A stretch of 64,000 bases of DNA. It comes from Pelomyxa schiedti. Its lineage: Eukaryota; Protista; Evosea. The notes beneath the pieces were generated by a model. That model saw only the letters and a program-made list of their open reading frames with translations, made no database searches and was not told where the DNA came from. Each line of letters begins with the position of its first letter. The first letter of the stretch is position 1. The stretch lies in NCBI GenBank assembly GCA_020536535.1, contig JAHLWZ010000450.1:2991-66990 (forward strand), in the 5' to 3' direction. Below are positions 51,231 to 62,500 of this stretch, one piece after another. The position numbers and the translations under genes were made by a program.

Positions 51231-53716
51231 TCACCAGCCCCAGCGAGCCAGTTGCCTCTTTTCCTTCTTGATGCAAACCTCGTCCTCAAGGTCGTCGGCG
51301 TCCTCGTCCCACTCCGCATCCACGTCCTCGATGTACTGTGCGGATTCGAGCTTGGGCGGGGGCGCGACGGGGCCGCGCTGAGCTTCCTCGGCGATGTACT
51401 CCTCGTCGTCGGGCTTGAGGACGACCTTCTTGGCAGCCCCCCAGTGTTGCTGGGACGCCAGCCGGAAGACCGCGGGGGCCTTGGCCCTGGTCACGGGTGT
51501 CCCAAGGGGTGTGTGCTGCTTACAGCCCCCTTTGATGTTGAAGTGATCCCGGGTAGCCGCAATTGGCTGTGAAAAAAGAATGTTAGCGGGGACGGGGGCG
51601 GGGGAGGGGTTTTTTTTTTTTTTTTTGAATTGATTAAAGAGATGGCGAAAAGGCAAATTTGGAAAGAAACCTGCAAAGGAAGGTAGGAGACAAGAATGAA
51701 AATACACCAAATAGTGAAAAGACAAGTGGTAAAAAGGAAAAGCATCTGTAAGGTCATAAGCTGTACCAAGAACATAGAAAAAATAAATACAAACGAGGAG
51801 AGGAATGTGGTCAACAGTCCATCTTTATGTTGGGACAATGAATTTTTTTTATAATTTCTGGGAATGGAAACCCATAAAATGGCAGTAAAATAATCCCACT
51901 TTGATTGAGGATTGTAAATAGCGTAAGCATTGAGTTATCTTGAGCACCCATATCTGGAAAGAAAAAAAAAACTTGAGTGTCCCACAAGCTATCCATTTCC
52001 TACCTAAAAGAATCAGAGGTGCCATCCCAGAAAACACCACAACGAGGAGGTATCCAACACTTATATAGATCAATCCAAGAACGTACCGAGGACTCCATGC
52101 AAGAGATAGGATGGTCCGGAACCTAGACTGCTACACATATTTTAGAAGGTACAGCAACCCAAGTAATGCCGACCTGAGGGGGTATAGAGCTCAGTGAAGC
52201 AGAAGCGGAATCATTCATGGGACCTTCCAAGGGCACGAACCCAAGGGTATTCTTGGCGCAAATTGATTTGATTTTATCCATCATTTGGCGAAATTCAAAC
52301 CCAATAGTGGCGTAATCACCTGGCACGTGGCACTTTTTGGTTGATCAATATTCTTGTGTGTAATTTGGGTCTCCCATTCCCCAGAAGTAACAAAAGTCAT
52401 ACCGTACCGTTGATGGGAAAAACAATGTCACGCCAATAGACCAGACAACAATTGACAGTATTGTGTAACTGCCAAACAATACATGGGTGCTCACACCAAG
52501 TTGAAAGTACAGTATCTGCATCAGGTCAAATCATAAAAACTAAGAGAAACATGTGCACCTGCATAATTAAAAAACCAAAACTTCTCCTGGTGAGTGTATC
52601 ACTCTTCTGATAGATATGAAGAGGTACCTTCCCATGGAAAAAGCTGAACAAATCAAACTTATTGCAATATTGGGCCGACAAAATATATTTCCCATGTGTA
52701 AGGAGGCCATGAAAAAGCCTGCCCCGCCTTCGACACAATGAGAAGTGAAGTATGGTGGCCATTCCTTACATACCGAATGCAATGAAGAAGAAAGCTGCCC
52801 CATAAGCATTAAATACTTGGTAATCAGCAAAAGTCCATAATATGGCGCCCAGACTGTGAAACTGAGCATGATAAGAGAAGTTCAGCATGGAAACGTCGTT
52901 TACCAATCCACTTATAAGGCACACGAATTTTGGTCCACAGTTATCTACAGCCCATGCACAACTGAAAAATGACAGTGCAGTTCCTACGTGTAGTCCGTCA
53001 CCAACGGTAACTTCAAATGAAACCAGTCAGCATACCAAGAACTGCAAAAGCATAGAGGTAGCTCAGGTCAATTTCCTGCTGCACACATGTCCCATTCTCA
53101 AACACACACCCATCAGAAAAAACGCCACTATCTTTTTGGATAACGAAAAAAAAATGAGCAACTCTTTAAAAAACAAAGACGAGGATATACCTTTGAGAAT
53201 CAGATACAACGAGGGCATGCCAAAAACATACCCGCTGAGCAACCCCACCGCCCCCACGTGGAAAAGTAGCGACACGGAATCACTTGTGGGAGGGCACCGG
53301 CAAACCCTGGCCCCGGACAACTTGGTCGCCGCCCTCCCTCCCCTGCCCCCTCCCCGTCCCATAATCCCGGCGCCGCCGCCGCCCCCTGCCCCTCCGCCAC
53401 CGACGCCCTCCATCAAAGAGAACGCCGAGGGCAACGACGGCGACGAGGACGAGGCCGAGGCGCCGAGCGAGACGGAGGAGCCGCCCGCGGCGGCGTCGGC
53501 GAGCGCCATCGCCACCCCCACGTCGGCGGCGGACTTCTGCGCGTGGGTCCTGGGGCCTCGGCGCCACTCGCGCTCTATTCGGCGCTTCTCGTCGCGGCGC
53601 TTGCTCTCGAGCCCTATGGCCTTGAGAGCGGCCAGGGTCTCCTGACGATCGCGTGCGTCGCCGACGTGCTCCACGCAGCACGCGTCGTTGAGCGCGTCCG
53701 CGGTTTCGGCTGACAT
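51231..53716 (-). CDS. MFS transporter, SLC43 (LAT3/LAT4)/Fmp42-like, multi-exon
   Basis: Spliced GYVFGMPSLYLILKDSGVFSDGC...CVQQEIDLSYLY and AVDNCGPKFV (MFS motif A-like); many hydrophobic segments; acidic C-terminal tail. Confidence 0.75.
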
Positions 53717-54106
53717 GAAAGTCGGTGCTGGCCTTGTTTTTTTTTCTGTTGGTGATTTGTAAAAACGCCAAACGAGATTTGAAAGGAAAACGGAAGAAGG
53801 TTGTTGGATTTGGGATACAGATTGCTGCCAGCTGTTGAAAAGATGCTCAACGAGGTGAATTCCTGCGACAGCGACCAGCCACTTCGGCATTGCCACCTCG
53901 CACTTCGAACTGGCAATCTCATCACCAGGGCTCAACTTCTCACTCACTTTGACAATCACCAGCGATGACAGGTCGTTCTTCGCACTCACAAACCACTTGC
54001 CATTTGCTCTGGCTTACCCATGGCTGCGCGACCCTCAGTCATGCAGTGGCCAGTATCTGGGCTCCTGAGAGTGTACGAAAGTGGGAGCCGCTGTACAGCC
54101 TCCACG

Positions 54107-54331
54107 TGTAAGACAAGCCCTTGTGGGTGTCCGAAGCGAAAGTCGGCAAGCGAACAAAAAGTGTTCTCTCTTATATTTCTATAACTATTCTAATCCTTTA
54201 GGATAGTTCTAAACAGTGACTGTGTGTGTGGTGATGTCACTGGCGACTGCTGATTGAACTATAGCCGATCTGGTCCGGTTTGGGTGGGTGTGATTTAGGT
54301 CTGCTGGATGTGGGTTCTGAAACGGCCTACA
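54107..54331 (-). repeat. 3' LTR (225 bp)
   Basis: ~96% identical to 57116-57339; TGTA...TACA ends. Confidence 0.95.
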
Positions 54332-54346
54332 CGTTCCCTCCCTTTC
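54332..54346 (-). promoter_or_regulatory. Polypurine tract
   Basis: Minus-strand GAAAGGGAGGGAACG abuts the 3' LTR. Confidence 0.85.
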
Positions 54347-54372
54347 AAACCCGGCGCGTGGGTGGGCTACGG

Positions 54373-56567
54373 CTATCCCTCATTGGCGTGAATGAGCCCT
54401 TTCCTGGCGGGCCCTGGCTTTGTACTCCTTGATGAGTGCCCCACACCCTGTACAATCCTCTTCGTACTGCCATGTGTTGTGCTCATCACCCAGGCCCTTC
54501 CACTGAACGAGGAACTGCCTGCCATGGCTCTTCCACCTTTCTCCAACGATGGCCTCCATCTCCTTCTGCCCTGGGCTCGCGTGTGTATAGTGTCATCCCC
54601 CTGCGGTGGGGACCTTTTGGGGTCGAGGTCGTGCTGGGTGTCTGGTGGATCCTCCGTTTCGGCATCGTCTCCTCGTTCGTGCTGCGTTTGGTCGTCGGCT
54701 TGTGACCTCCAGTCGTCTCTCTGTTCGGGGGTCTCATTGTGGCTTGTGTGCACCTCACCCCCCGCCCTTTCCGGCCCCTCCTCGGGTATTGCGTGGCACT
54801 TGCATAGATGCCCCAAGTTTACCAGTTTCGGGGACTTCTGGCCGTCCATAGTCTCGAGCCTGGCAGCCCAATTCACGGGGAGACTTGTGATGCGGTACGG
54901 GCCCTTCCACTTGTTGGCCAGTTTGCCTAGCTCCCTGTCCTTGTGTCCGCCTGTCCGTAGGACATACACTAGATCCCCTACCCTGAACTTCCTTTCTGTG
55001 GCTGTTGTGGCTTTGGTGCGCTCGTCATCCCATGCCTGCCATATGAGCTCTGCTGTCCGTTGCGCCAGCCGCCACGCTTCCCGTACCTTCTTGGTCACCC
55101 TTTCGGCTTGCCCGCCAACCAAGACCTCCTCACCCGTCCCAGCCATCGCCCCTGGAGTCCGGGCATCCCTCCCATGCTCGAGGTAGAAAGGTGAAAATCC
55201 TGTTGCTCTGCTAGTTGCCGTGCGGTACGCAAATGTCATCATTGGCAGGAGCTCATCCCAATTGTCCTTATCCTTGCCAGCGTGTATACGCAGCATTTCC
55301 ACCAGTATGTGGTTGTACCGCTCAGTTTTCCCATCGGCCTGAGGGTGATACGCCGTCGTCTTCCTCTGTTCGATGTGTAGTGCCGTGCATAGCCCTTCCA
55401 TGATCCGGGTCACAAAGTGGGAGCCCGATCACTAATGATCACACGTGGGACACCCCTTTGGCACACCCAATTCCTTAGCACTGCCCGTACTGCTGACTCG
55501 GCGTCCGGGTGTTTTGTGGCCTTCAATTCCACGTCTCCTGTCAAGTGGTCGATCATCACGAGGATATACGCATTCCCTCGTCTGGTGGATCTCAGTGGTC
55601 CGATGAAGTCCATACTCATGACCTCCCCAGGTTCACCTGGCACCGCCATTGGGAAGCCCACAGCTGCCCCTTTCCGGGCCGGCACCTTGGCCACCTTGCA
55701 CTCGTGACAGCTGTTGCAGTGGCGAGTAATGTCTGCCCCCATGTTTGGCCACCAGAAATGGCCTTTGATGCGGTCCAACGTATATGCTTCGGAAAGATGA
55801 CCCGCGAAGATGCTGGCGTGGTTATCCTGCATTACCTGTCCCCTCATGATCGTTGGAACAACCACCGAGCGGTAGATCAGTTTCCTCCGGTGGTTCGCCT
55901 CCTTGTGGTGCAGTATTCCTTCGCAGACCTCAAAGTCCGCCCTTTCCAGGTCTAAGTGGTGCAGGTCCTTTGGCAAGGGTGATCCCCCTAGCCATGCTGA
56001 TAGCGCTTGGCAGTCGGTGTCTGTTGCTTGCGCCTCCTTCCACCCAACCAAGTTGTCCCCCAACGCCGCAACAACAAACACTCGTGGCATCCTGCTGATT
56101 GTGTCCACATCCCCCGACTGCTTTCCCGGCCTAAATTCCACTACAGCCCCATAATCATCCAGCAGTATTTGCCAGTGGGCAACCCTGGCACACGGGTGTT
56201 CCTGGTTCTGCATCCAGGTTAGGGCTTTGTTGTCTGTCTTGACAACACATCCGACTCCGTGTATATAGCTGCGGAATTTCTTAAGTGCCCACACGACTGC
56301 CGCCGCCTCTAGCTCACACACGGTATCGTACTTCTTTTCGTGGGGCGTGGTGACCCTGCTTGCAAGCTCGATAATGCGTTCCGCTCCCTTCGCGTCCATT
56401 TGTACCAGCGCGGCCCCCATTCCCACCTTGCTAGCGTCCGTGTGAATTTCCAGCCTGAACTCTGAGCTGTAATCTGGGTACTCAAGCAGGAGTTTCTCGG
56501 CAATTAGGTGCTTAATGTGTGTGAACGCTTCCTCGCAGCGCTCATCCCACACCCATGGTGCCGCCAC
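54373..56567 (-). pseudogene. pol remnant: RNase H and integrase, frameshifted at ~55413
   Basis: RNase H IHTDASKVGMGAAL, ELEAAAVVWAL, KTDNKAL; HHCC zinc finger (HASIFAGH..CHEC); catalytic MDF, SDRAP, YHPQADGKTERYN; C-terminal KWKGPY motif. Confidence 0.92.
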
Positions 56568-56780
56568 CCTTTTATCGAGCTACGAAACAGTTGATTAGTC
56601 CGCTCAGTCGTCAGCCGCCTCATTGAACTGTTGCATGAGTGACGAGTCGGCTGCGTCGCGCGTTGTAACCTCGACTGTACGGTCCCCTTCCTTGTGGGTG
56701 GTTGGTGTGGCCCCCAGAGGATGTCGCACCTCCTTGGAAACACTGCTTGTGCTGGGTGTTTTCTCTTGTGTGGCCTGCAC

Positions 56781-57100
56781 TAATCGATCCCTGTTATGCC
56801 TATTACACCCAAGAACCACAGCGGGAACGCCCGCACTAACGTGGCAGAGAGCAGCAAAGCAGCGGCAAGGGTATCCAACACGACCACAAGACTGGGAGTG
56901 GGCCAAGAAAAAGAAGAGCCGCCACAATGTTCTCGGTGCGGTGTCGTCTGCCCTGGCACCTGTTTCCATTACGGCCCCCCCACTCCCAGTCTTGTGGCCA
57001 TGTTGGATACCCTTGCCGCTGCTTTGCTGCTCTCTGCCACGTTAGTGCGGGTGTTCCTGCTGTGGTTCTTGGGTGTAATAGGCATAACAGGGATCGATTA
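56781..57100. repeat. 122-bp inverted repeat (56781-56902 / 56979-57100, 4 mismatches, 76-bp loop)
   Basis: Arms are reverse complements (taatcgatccctgttatgcc... / ...ggcataacagggatcgatta). Confidence 0.95.
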
Positions 57101-57102
57101 AA

Positions 57103-57113
57103 GCACTCCACCA
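57103..57113 (-). promoter_or_regulatory. Primer-binding site, probably for tRNA-Ala
   Basis: TGGTGGAGTGC lies 2 nt from the 5' LTR and is complementary to ...GCACUCCA-CCA, which fits the U70-C-C-A73 acceptor of tRNA-Ala. Confidence 0.7.
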
Positions 57114-57115
57114 CG

Positions 57116-57339
57116 TGTAAGACAAGCCCTTGTGGGTGTCCGAAGCGAAAGTCGGCAAGTGAATAAAAAGTGTTCTCTCTTATTTTCTATAACTATTCTA
57201 ATCCTTTAGGATAGTTCTAAACAGTGACTGTGTGTGTGGTGATGTCACTGGCGACTGCTGATAGAACTATAGACGATCTGGTCTGGTTTGGGTGAGTGTG
57301 ATTTAGGTCTGCTGGATGTGGGTTCCGAAACAGCCTACA
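57116..57339 (-). repeat. 5' LTR (224 bp)
   Basis: Matches 54107-54331. Confidence 0.95.
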
Positions 57340-57543
57340 CACCAAGCAGTGATTGTTTCTCGCCAACAAGTAGAAGCCGGGCTGCTTGAGTGAACTCCAA
57401 CATCACCCATTGCATATCTGGGTCAATGGGCAGAAGTTTTTTACCTATCAAAAAGTACATACTTCCACCCCAACAAAAACTTCCGCCCAGGTGGAGGTAT
57501 GCACTTTTTGGTCTGAGAAAAAGTTTTTAAGTTTTAAGCCAAC

Positions 57544-59400
57544 TCAATATTTATTTAACAGTGCTGACAAGGTTGTCAAAGCCACAATTTGTTGTAACAA
57601 ACACTCCCAAGTGTTGTGTGGGTCAGATGAAGAAAGTCTACCACGGCAACAAACTTCCTTCAGATGTTTATGCCATTTGTTCATAGCTTCAGCTAGTTCT
57701 TGTTTGAGAATACTTGGGGGACCAAAAAATTTAGCATCTGACCATGAATGCTCACACCAATAGTGAACAGAGGGTTGAGCTTTTGGCTAAACAAGGAGTA
57801 TAAAGCTAACATGTTATTCCTAGTTGTGGTCCACCTTGAATGAATATCATCAGTCAACTTCTCACAATGTAACCACTCATAAGCAAAATTCAAGACAGAC
57901 ACTAAGTCATTCAAAATATTTCTCAAAGATCTGTTTTGAACATCATTTGGCCTCCAGAGAACATAAACTTTTTGGCTCAACTCAGTTTGAACCCTGGTAG
58001 AAGCAGAATCCCAAAGATGGTCCAAACAATGAGATTCCATCACTGCTTTGGCTGTGTTTGCTTGAAAAGTTTTTTTTGGCCAATGAGAGGCACATGTGTT
58101 GATAGCAACCTTTAGAGTTGTGGCCAAAGCTTTATAGCCCTGAGACTTCAACCAGTCATAACAAGATAATAAAAGATTCAACATCACATTGGCAAAACAG
58201 TGCAAAGGGTCATACACCAACCTTTGCAATATTGGTTTAAGCAGAGAAAAAAGGCAATGTTGACATGTCTGCATGAGCACAGTGATTGGGCCCATATTAC
58301 ACCACTACAACCACCATTGAATGGAGCATTTCTCTCTTGTCCAGCAATGTTTTCTTTTCTAGTGAAACATGCTTCTTCTCACAGACTGTGGCATCTGCAT
58401 GGTTTAGGCCACATCCTTGTGAAAGGTTTCATTGATGGTTGGCAACTGTGGGGAAAAAATCTCTTTGAGGATTGATGTCTTCATGAATTTCTTCAATGTC
58501 TGTTGCTGCAACAGATGTAGTCTTCCCAACATCTCTTTGTGTAAGAAGAGCTTTATGTGGCAGCTTCTTTGCTGCACTTGCCTTGATGAGTGTGATGCAA
58601 AAATTACCCCAGCTGTCTGGAATCAAGTGGTTGTTGCTATCTCTCTTTTGATTTTGAAAGATTCTGACAACATATTGTGGAGACACAACACCCCACACAT
58701 TCACTAATTGCCCCACAGTGAGAAAAACAAGGTCTGGGGGGTTCTGTCTCTCCACTTTCACCTCTTCCCACCACTTCACTCCACTTTTCGCCACACTGTG
58801 AACTGGTTTCTCCCCACTCCAACAGTACCCTTTTTTGGGGGTGTATAAGCACACCTCATCTTTTTCTTTCTTGTTCTTCTTTTCCTCAATCTTCATCCCC
58901 TCTTTTCTTTCCATTTTTTTGGCTTCAATTACTTCCTTCAATGCCACCACAAACTTTTCTCCTTTCTTCCATTTGACTTCCCCATTTTTGTTGAGACACA
59001 AAGATAAGAGGCGATCAAATTCTGAGGCAGCACACTTGGCTTCTCTCATTTTCGGTATCCAATTCATATCAGGTTTTGTATTGAAGTCAATACAGTGTTT
59101 AATGCTTTGGTACCATACTAAAATCAAAATTAGTTGTTTTGGTAGTATCCGTTTCTTTTACCAGAAGATGTTGCTTGAGTTTCAGATGATGTGGTAGTGG
59201 ATGAACTTTGTTCATTTGTGTTGCTTGAACAAGGATGCTCTTGGCATACAGACTCACTTGTATTATTAAAACAAGGAATCTCATCATTACAAATCTCCTG
59301 AGGCACATCAACCTCCACCACCTGGCTCAAATTTAAAACAAAATTGGAAGAGTTTCATCATTGGAATCAGATCCAGCATTTTGAAGTGATGATACTGACT
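57544..59400 (-). pseudogene. Decayed DDE transposase of the Transib/RAG1-CMC clade
   Basis: LVYDPLHCFANV (D-x-L-H). After a frameshift near 57775, PSVHYWCEH...GPPSILKQELAEAMNKWHK (H-x4-H, then E-x-x-E-x-x-N-K). Several stops and frameshifts; 5' part ends at the gap. Confidence 0.65.
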
Positions 59401-59465
59401 GGGTATGCCTGGATCGGTCACGAAGAGAATGGGAATGCTTGAGTCGCTTAGGTTTTGGAGGAGTT

Positions 59466-59565
59466 NNNNNNNNNNNNNNNNNNNNNNNNNNNNNNNNNNN
59501 NNNNNNNNNNNNNNNNNNNNNNNNNNNNNNNNNNNNNNNNNNNNNNNNNNNNNNNNNNNNNNNNN
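59466..59565. other. Scaffold gap (100 N)
   Basis: Run of N. Confidence 1.
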
Positions 59566-62500
59566 TCTGAGAAGCAAAAAGCACTCGAGCAGCAGGCAGC
59601 CACACTCAATGCAGAGAAGCAGCAGGCACTTGAACAACAAGCAAGTGCACTGGATGTCGAAAAGCAAAGTGCCCTGCAGCAACAAGCAAGTGCACTGGGT
59701 GCTGAAAAACAAGAAGCACTTGAGCAGCAGGCAGCCGCACTCAACACAGAGAAGCAGAATGCACTTGAACAGCAGGCGGCCACACTGAACACAGAAAAGC
59801 AGAATGCACTTGTACAGCAAAAAAATGCACTGGATGCTGAGAAGCAAACTGCCCTGCAACAGCAAGCAAGTGCACTGGGTGCTGAAAAACAAGAAGCACT
59901 GGAGCAGCAGGCAGCCACATTCAACACAGAGAAGCGGAATGCACTTGAGCAACAAGCAAGTGCACTGGATGTTGAAAAGCAAAGTGCCCTGCAGCAACAA
60001 GCAGCAGTACTCGATGCAGAAAGGAAGGGTGCACTTGAGCAGCAGGCGGCTTCACTGAATGCAGAAAAGCAGAGTGCACTGGAGGCAGAGAGGCAGAGAG
60101 CCTCAGCTAGGTTGTGTGAACTGAAGGAGGACATGGAGAGGGCACTGGAGGCAGAGAAGCAGTCCAGCGCGGCACAACTGGCAGAGCTCAAAGCGTTCAT
60201 GGAACAGCAAGCTAAAACACTCGAGGCAGACAAGCAGAGTGCACTTGCACAAGAGAAGCAGAACAGCTCGGACAGACTTGCAGAGTTAAAACAGGCCATG
60301 GAAAACCAGCTTGAAGCAGAAAAGAAGGCTAGCTCCAACAGGATGGCAGAGGCCAAAGAGGACATGGAGAGGGCACTCCACCTACAGCAGCAGCAACACC
60401 AACAGGAGCAGGAGCAGGCAATTGCAGCAACAACTGCACAGCTCCGGCTGGAGGCAGAAAGGGAAAGAGAAACACTGAGGAGGGCGCTGGAAGAAGAAGC
60501 TGCACAAGTGGAAAAGCAAAGGCACCTTGAATGTGAGCGATGTGAATCAGCCTATCAGCAAGAACTGGCCAGGCTTCATCAGCTTCTGCAAGAAAAGGAA
60601 CAAGAGCTCAAAGATAAGCTCGAGGCAGAAAGACAGAGTTGGTCAACAAAGCTTGCTGACCTCAAGCGCGACATGGACAATTCACTTGAACAACAGGCTC
60701 TTGCTCTTAACGCCGAAAAGAAAAGTGCACTCCAACAGCAAGAAGCTGTGCTCAATGCAGAGATGCAGAGTGCACTTGAGAAGCAAGCAGCATCACTCAA
60801 CACAGAGAAGCAAAGTGCACTCGAGCAACAGGCAACTTTGCTTGATGCAGCAAAGCAGAATGCCCTCAACCAGCAAGAAACTGTGCTCAGTGCCGAAAAA
60901 CAAAGTGCCCTTGAGCAACAAGCAGCTTCCCTTGAGGCCGAAAAGCAGACCATACTCAGGCAGCAAGAGGCTGCTATGTCAAAGCAATCAGAGCTCATTA
61001 AACATTGTGAAGACAAGCTTGCACACCGCAAACAAAAAATCAGAGACTTCAAGTCTGAGGTGGAGAAGTATAGTCACCAGAACAAGCAGCTGGAAGCTGA
61101 ACTCCTGCAATGTCAGCAGCACTGCAAAGCTCTTGAAGAAGAGGCTCAAAAGAGTTACCAGCACAACAAATGTCTGGAAGAAGATCTGAGCATATGCAAA
61201 AAGAAAAATGAGGCACTACATGATGAAATTGAGCAATGCACACAATTAGCCAAAGTTGCTGACGAGAAATTGGGAAGCTTAACACAACACAACGCAACCC
61301 TTTCAACTGAAATAGACCAGCAAAAACGATGTGCTGAGGGACTTGCCAACAAACTTGGCCAGGTAAATCTCTTTTTATATTTCTATTATTTATATATATG
61401 TATATATAAATGTGGTCACGCCACTTAACCACACAAACTACGTCAGATCAGCAACCAGCTTGATGCGCAAATACAGGAAAATGCAAAGCTCACCTCAGAA
61501 ATTGAGGAACAAGCCAAAGCTGTTTTGGGTCTTGAGAGGCAACTCACAGATGGGAGAGATCTAAATCAAATGCTTACAACTCAAGTTCAGAATTTGAATT
61601 TACATGTGCACCAGCAGGAAGAACAGCTGATTCTGGTGCGGGAGCAACTCTTAAAATCACAGACGGAACTGGAGCAATGCAAGAGTGAACTGCACGATTC
61701 ATCTGGACAAAATTCCTCTCTCTCTCTGCAACTACAAAAGCGTGATGAACTGATAGAGGAACTTCATGCACAATGCAACAAACTAGAGGAGCAAGTCAAG
61801 AACCTGGAAGGGACAAAGATAGACCTCGAACACAAGATTGATGAAAGCCAAGTGTCCAGTTCCAACTTGGAAACGGAAACCAGAAGACTTCAAGATTACA
61901 TTCAAGAGCAAGCTAGTACTATATGTACATTTGGAGAATCCATTAAGAAATTTGAAGCCAGTTCAGATAGTTTTAAACAGCGTACAGAGATGCTGGATTC
62001 ACAACTTTCACATAGTCAAAAAGACATCACAATTTTGCAAGAAAGAGTTGAGGCCCTGAGCAAGGAAAAAGCCAAGCTGGAAGAGGATCTCAGCAAACAA
62101 AGCCAGACTGTCAAGAACCTTGAAGATGACATTCTTCAACACAAATCCCATGAGGAAGCCCAAGACAGAGAAATTGGTACTCACAAAACCAAAATCGGTG
62201 ATATGGAAGCTGAAGTAGAGCGACAAGCAGGGGTCATCAACCACCTGACTTCAGAGAACGAATCACGCAATCAAAGAATCGCGGACCTTTCCAGTGAAAT
62301 CGAAAAGCACAACCAACTTTCCAAATCACAACAGGAAGAGCTCAGTAAACGGCAAGGAAGGATAACCTCTTTGGAAAACGACCTGCAACAAATGACATTA
62401 CTTGAGACAGAGCTTAAGCAACGCAATCTCGCCTCACAGGAGGAACTTTGTGCAATGCAACAGGAAAACACAAAACTGAAAGAAAGCATTGAGCAATTGC

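Larger units (their letters stand above)
54107..57339 (-). mobile_element. Ty3/Gypsy LTR retrotransposon, internally deleted and non-autonomous (no protease or RT visible; RNase H and integrase remain)
   Basis: Direct LTRs at 54107-54331 and 57116-57339 (TG...CA; 8 substitutions and 1 indel); PBS and PPT present; pol remnants inside. Confidence 0.95.

Noticed and set aside
53790-54106. Open-frame extension upstream of the transporter (ANGKWFVSAKNDLSSLVIVKV...)
   Set aside because: Preceded by an in-frame stop and cut by the LTR; may be a gene relic but no family can be supported.
56796-57101. Plus-strand 101-aa ORF with CSRCGVVCPGTCFH
   Set aside because: It lies within the inverted duplication of the LTR element's leader/gag start and is not an independent gene.
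58278-58800. CACAGTG/CACTGTG (RSS heptamer) copies inside the RAG-like transposase, and a nonamer-like ACAAAAACT at 57473
   Set aside because: The heptamers are internal to the coding remnant, I saw no 12/23-spaced heptamer-nonamer pair, and CA/TG-rich words are expected in CpG-decayed DNA.
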